Of a stretch of 11,092 nucleotides of DNA, positions 7,708 to 11,092 are shown one piece after another (positions within the stretch are counted from its first letter, which is position 1; each line of letters begins with the position of its first letter). The translations under genes and the position numbers were made by a program. This stretch comes from Promethearchaeota archaeon. Its GTDB lineage: Archaea; Asgardarchaeota; Lokiarchaeia; Sigyniarchaeales; SOKP01. The DNA is taken from the NCBI GenBank assembly GCA_048941265.1, contig JBHLNT010000137.1, positions 1 to 11,092 of the forward strand, in the 5' to 3' direction. The notes below the pieces were generated by a model. That model was not told where the DNA came from, did no database searches, and saw nothing but the letters and a program-made list of their open reading frames with translations.

Positions 7708-9276
7708 TTGTTAGTGAGTAAAGAAAAATATTTATTGGAGTTATATGAAGATTTTTTAGCATTAAATTCCGAGGTTGAAGCTATAATTCTTTCTGATCAT
7801 GAGGGTTTTATAATTGCGGGGGAAAAAAGAAAAAACATTGATATGGAACTAGTTTCTGTGATGTCCACTATTGTAAATCCTATTCTAGATAGATTTCGTG
7901 ATGAATTTGCATTTAAAAAATATGGATCGGCTTCTTTCGATACAGAAACACATAGATTACTATTCGTATCCGTAGGGGAAAATGCTACATTGAGTTTAGT
8001 CTTAAATATCTCTGCTTCTATAGATAAACTTTATCCATATGCTTACTATATTGCCGAAAAATCTGCCCAAATTATAAATGCTGCTGAAGATGAGAAAATT
8101 CAAATACAAATTCCAAATTTTGAATATCAAGTAGAAAAATCTGAAAAGTTACAGCACCAAATTTATCAAATGAGGTTAGACCAAGGTTTATCTTACAGAT
8201 TTAAATTCGTAATTGTTGGTGATTTAAAAGTAGGAAAAACATCAATAGTAAGGCGTTTTGTGGATAAAAAATTTTCTAAGGATTATCGCTCAACAATCGG
8301 TTTGAATATTTTATCACATCGATTTAATTTTTTGGATAATGATATCCATATAAACCTGTGGGATATTGGTGCTCAGAAATATTTCAAAAGGTTTCGCAAA
8401 ACCTATTACTCCGGCTCTCAAGCGGCTTTTATCGCTTTTGATTTGACCAACCGCGATTCATTTAATAATATTCAAAAATGGTATGTTGAATTGATAGACT
8501 TTATAGGAGGAAGAGATATTCCGATTGTACTCGTGGGAAATAAAAAAGATTTGGTTGATCAAAGAGATATTACTCCCGAGGAAGGAATTTCGATGGCAAA
8601 ATATCTGTCTGAGACAGGAACCTCAAAAATTTCGTATATAGAAACTAGCGCTCTTACCGGTGAAAACATAGATGATGCATTCAATTTAATCTCATATTTC
8701 TATATTCAAATTTCTCAGGAAAGAGAAGAAGAGGCTCTTAAAAACAATTTGGTGACCTTAATTAATTCGATTTTAAATAAAAAAAAATCCTTAAATATCT
8801 GCTTAATCACTGAAACTCCTTACTGGAACCCCATGTTCCAAATTTTAACTGAACTAAAAAGTTTAGGAAAAGTTTCGAAAATAAAAGATGAGAAGGACGA
8901 GAAGATATATCAATATGCGAACGGATTATTACTCCGAGGCTATACCATCAATACTATGAATGTTTCTGACGCTGACGCAGTTTTCTGCATTTTTGATGTT
9001 CGAAAGAAAGAACATATCAGTATTAAATGGATAGAAATTATTCATGATATTGTACAAGAAATAGGAATAAAAAAAGTTGTATTATGCGGAATGAGAGTTT
9101 CGGATGAAACTAATTGGTCCGTCCTGCTTGATGAATTTTATGGTCTCAATATAAATCCATTTTTAGAAAAACAGATGATCTCTCTCTTAATTTTTAAAAT
9201 TGGCGTTGAATATCGATTGGAAATCTATGAAAAATTAGAGATTATGTTTAATAATATTATAGAATCATTAATATAG
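7708..9276 (+). CDS. Roadblock/LC7(MglB)-like domain fused to a Rab/Ras-like small GTPase, with an additional C-terminal alpha/beta domain (eukaryotic-signature-type protein)
   Basis: aa ~1-125: helix + VEAIILSDHEGFIIA + helix + 3 strands + helix (roadblock pattern). aa ~163-333: G1 GDLKVGKT (8218-8241), G2 YRSTIG, G3 WDIGAQ (D at 8362), G4 NKKD (8539-8550), G5 ETSAL. SD GAGGT at 7696-7700 lies 7 nt before TTG 7708. Confidence 0.93.
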   Translation: MLVSKEKYLLELYEDFLALNSEVEAIILSDHEGFIIAGEKRKNIDMELVSVMSTIVNPILDRFRDEFAFKKYGSASFDTETHRLLFVSVGENATLSLVLNISASIDKLYPYAYYIAEKSAQIINAAEDEKIQIQIPNFEYQVEKSEKLQHQIYQMRLDQGLSYRFKFVIVGDLKVGKTSIVRRFVDKKFSKDYRSTIGLNILSHRFNFLDNDIHINLWDIGAQKYFKRFRKTYYSGSQAAFIAFDLTNRDSFNNIQKWYVELIDFIGGRDIPIVLVGNKKDLVDQRDITPEEGISMAKYLSETGTSKISYIETSALTGENIDDAFNLISYFYIQISQEREEEALKNNLVTLINSILNKKKSLNICLITETPYWNPMFQILTELKSLGKVSKIKDEKDEKIYQYANGLLLRGYTINTMNVSDADAVFCIFDVRKKEHISIKWIEIIHDIVQEIGIKKVVLCGMRVSDETNWSVLLDEFYGLNINPFLEKQMISLLIFKIGVEYRLEIYEKLEIMFNNIIESLI

Positions 9277-9303
9277 ATAAATTAGGGAGAGAAAATTAAT
9301 TCT

Positions 9304-9684
9304 TTAATAAGTTTCATCAAAATCGCCAAGAGCTCTAAATTCTTCTGTTTTGCCCGGTTCTGCATCAAAAGCTTTTTGTAATAATTCTGCGGCTCGTTGC
9401 CAAATTGTTTTTAGATTAGTGCGTATAATTTCAAATTCTTCTCTATTTTTCATCTGTAATAGGACGGTTTTAAAATCTTCATTTACATCAATTTCAATAG
9501 GAATTTCTTCTGCTACTCCTCCAAAGATCCGAATCATCTCTCGTATTTCGTTTGGGGAACCTAAATCTCCGGGAACATAATCTTTTATTTTCACTTTTAA
9601 TTCAATTAATAATTGATTCTCATTTTCTATAATTTCTACAGCATTCTTTAATGTTTCACTTAATTTTGGGAATAATTCTTCCAT
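9304..9684 (-). CDS. Hypothetical acidic protein (126 aa)
   Basis: ATG preceded by AAGGTGT. It lies 40 bp downstream of the co-oriented CocE/NonD gene and has plausible alpha/beta composition. No motif recognised. Confidence 0.8.
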   Translation of the reverse strand: MEELFPKLSETLKNAVEIIENENQLLIELKVKIKDYVPGDLGSPNEIREMIRIFGGVAEEIPIEIDVNEDFKTVLLQMKNREEFEIIRTNLKTIWQRAAELLQKAFDAEPGKTEEFRALGDFDETY

Positions 9685-9724
9685 TTTTACACCTTTTCCT
9701 CTTTTATTATGATCTTTTTCATTT

Positions 9725-11092
9725 TTAATTCCTTTCTATAAATGGAATTTCTATAAAGGAAGGATTTTTGCTATTTCGTTCAAGGGTAATAATAGGTTTT
9801 CCATCAGCAGGATAACGCATAAAAACCTCCTTATCTGCCCCCGCAATTGCTACCCGAATTCTATGACCTTTCTTCACTAATACAGATGTTACGTGTAAGC
9901 CAAATTTAATTTCCGAGATCTCATCTGGTACAAGAGGGAGAGCATCTTTTTTCATAAAAGTATGATAAGGAATTAGCATCTTATATGGAGGGTTCTCTAA
10001 GGATATTTTTCTGTGAATTAATCGCAAATTACCATCAGTTATATAAGTTACGTTTCCTGCCTCATCAACATCTTCTAAATATACAAAAATCGCTCCATCA
10101 TCATGAGTCGATGACAGATATAATGTAATTATTGGAGTTCCCGTAATTTCTAAATCTTTTTCTAAAGAAATACTCGTATAAGTGAGTAGTTTTTTGTCAG
10201 CTCTGGTTCTATTGCTGTAATCAATTGGGAGCCCTGCTGGTGCCATCCACCGATTTAATAAACCTGTTGTTGTTCTAAAATTAATCTTATAGTCGTCTGC
10301 TCCGTCATTCGCTTGAGGTTTATTTGGACGTAATCCATTATTTTCTTGAAAATACCACATTTGTGAAGATTGTCCTAAAGGAGGCCATATTTCCGATTTC
10401 TTCCATCTCTCTTCACCCATAGTGTAATAATATAAAATTTTTTCTGAATAATCTCCATTAAGAATTCTGTTAAAGAAGCTAATTTCAGTTTTAATCCGAT
10501 TGTGCGGGGAAGGAATTACTTCTGATTTAGACGGGTAAAAAGGATTGGCGGGGAGATGAGCTCCATGATTCCAATCACCAATTATCGCAATCTGAGGATT
10601 TTTTAAATTTAAAAAACGCTGGATAACTACATCAGCAAAATTCGCATCCAACCATGAAGCCCAGCTATAAATAGGAATATTAAATTTTTGTAATTCCTGT
10701 TGATATCGAAAAAGGCTCCTGAAATCGAATGCCCTTTGTTCATTTCCAATTTTAACAAGATCCTCGCGATAGTTTACCTCGCTAATATTGTCAAAAACAG
10801 CTTCATTATTGTTATGTTCTTGAATAGCCTCTTTTAATTGAGTATAATTCGTATCTGAGTGTACTTGCTTTACTCCCTTCATTAGCATCCAACGAAATGG
10901 GATGAGGATCTTCATATGCTTTTGTACGTTTTGATCCAGTTGTTTTCCATAAAACGACCATAATTGAATAAAAGCAGTGTTAAAACACCCTCCCGGGAAA
11001 ATCATATCATAATATGGATCCCAACCATTATGACCAGGCATTACACTTTTAACTGCTGGATGATTATTGGTTGCTAACCATTCTGATGTAAA
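9725..11092 (-). CDS. CocE/NonD family serine hydrolase (peptidase S15/PepX_C type), 5'-truncated by window edge
   Basis: The frame stays open to the edge (FTSEWLATNNHPAVKSV-MPGHNGWDPY), so ATG 11041 is internal. Acid motif SWLD, His motif IGDWNHG, and a C-terminal jelly-roll signature LTYTS..LEKDLEITGTP...YITDGNLR...KKGHRIRVAIAG. Confidence 0.92.
   Translation of the reverse strand, partial: FTSEWLATNNHPAVKSVMPGHNGWDPYYDMIFPGGCFNTAFIQLWSFYGKQLDQNVQKHMKILIPFRWMLMKGVKQVHSDTNYTQLKEAIQEHNNNEAVFDNISEVNYREDLVKIGNEQRAFDFRSLFRYQQELQKFNIPIYSWASWLDANFADVVIQRFLNLKNPQIAIIGDWNHGAHLPANPFYPSKSEVIPSPHNRIKTEISFFNRILNGDYSEKILYYYTMGEERWKKSEIWPPLGQSSQMWYFQENNGLRPNKPQANDGADDYKINFRTTTGLLNRWMAPAGLPIDYSNRTRADKKLLTYTSISLEKDLEITGTPIITLYLSSTHDDGAIFVYLEDVDEAGNVTYITDGNLRLIHRKISLENPPYKMLIPYHTFMKKDALPLVPDEISEIKFGLHVTSVLVKKGHRIRVAIAGADKEVFMRYPADGKPIITLERNSKNPSFIEIPFIERN

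Noticed and set aside
7553-7762. 69-aa minus-strand ORF
   Set aside because: Overlaps the start and promoter of the GTPase fusion; low-complexity AT-driven composition and no SD.
9241-9276. Eukaryote-style prenylation signal on the Rab-like protein
   Set aside because: The C-terminus is ...NNIIESLI, with no CaaX/CC/CxC motif. The gene is intronless and SD-led, so it is not eukaryotic contamination.
9350-9580. 76-aa + strand ORF
   Set aside because: Antisense to the SD-supported 126-aa gene.
1-11092. CRISPR array, tRNA/rRNA, transposase or integrase
   Set aside because: No regularly spaced repeats, cloverleaf or rRNA-like GC-rich tracts, or recombinase motifs were seen.

Overview
AT-rich prokaryotic window. 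Its gene content (a roadblock + Rab-like small GTPase fusion and a longin-like protein) and its archaeal TATA/GGTG-type signals suggest an Asgard archaeon, probably Lokiarchaeia; this is an inference. Gene order: 3' end of a C-terminally membrane-anchored protein (+), alpha/beta hydrolase (+), MFS transporter (-), charged helical hypothetical (-), longin-like protein (+), aldo/keto reductase with a C-terminal Fe-S dicluster (-), ~500 bp structured intergenic gap, retinol-dehydrogenase-like SDR (-), 522-aa roadblock-GTPase-(pseudoGTPase?) fusion (+), hypothetical (-), and a CocE/NonD hydrolase cut by the window edge (-). Most notable points: (1) the three-module GTPase fusion has a variant G3 (DIGAQ) and an apparently degenerate second G-domain; (2) two genes appear to start at ATT codons behind Shine-Dalgarno-like motifs, and one of these extensions restores a full longin domain missed by the ORF track; (3) an inverted repeat and a chain of overlapping micro-ORFs lie at 5956-6200. 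No rRNA, tRNA, CRISPR array or transposase was seen.
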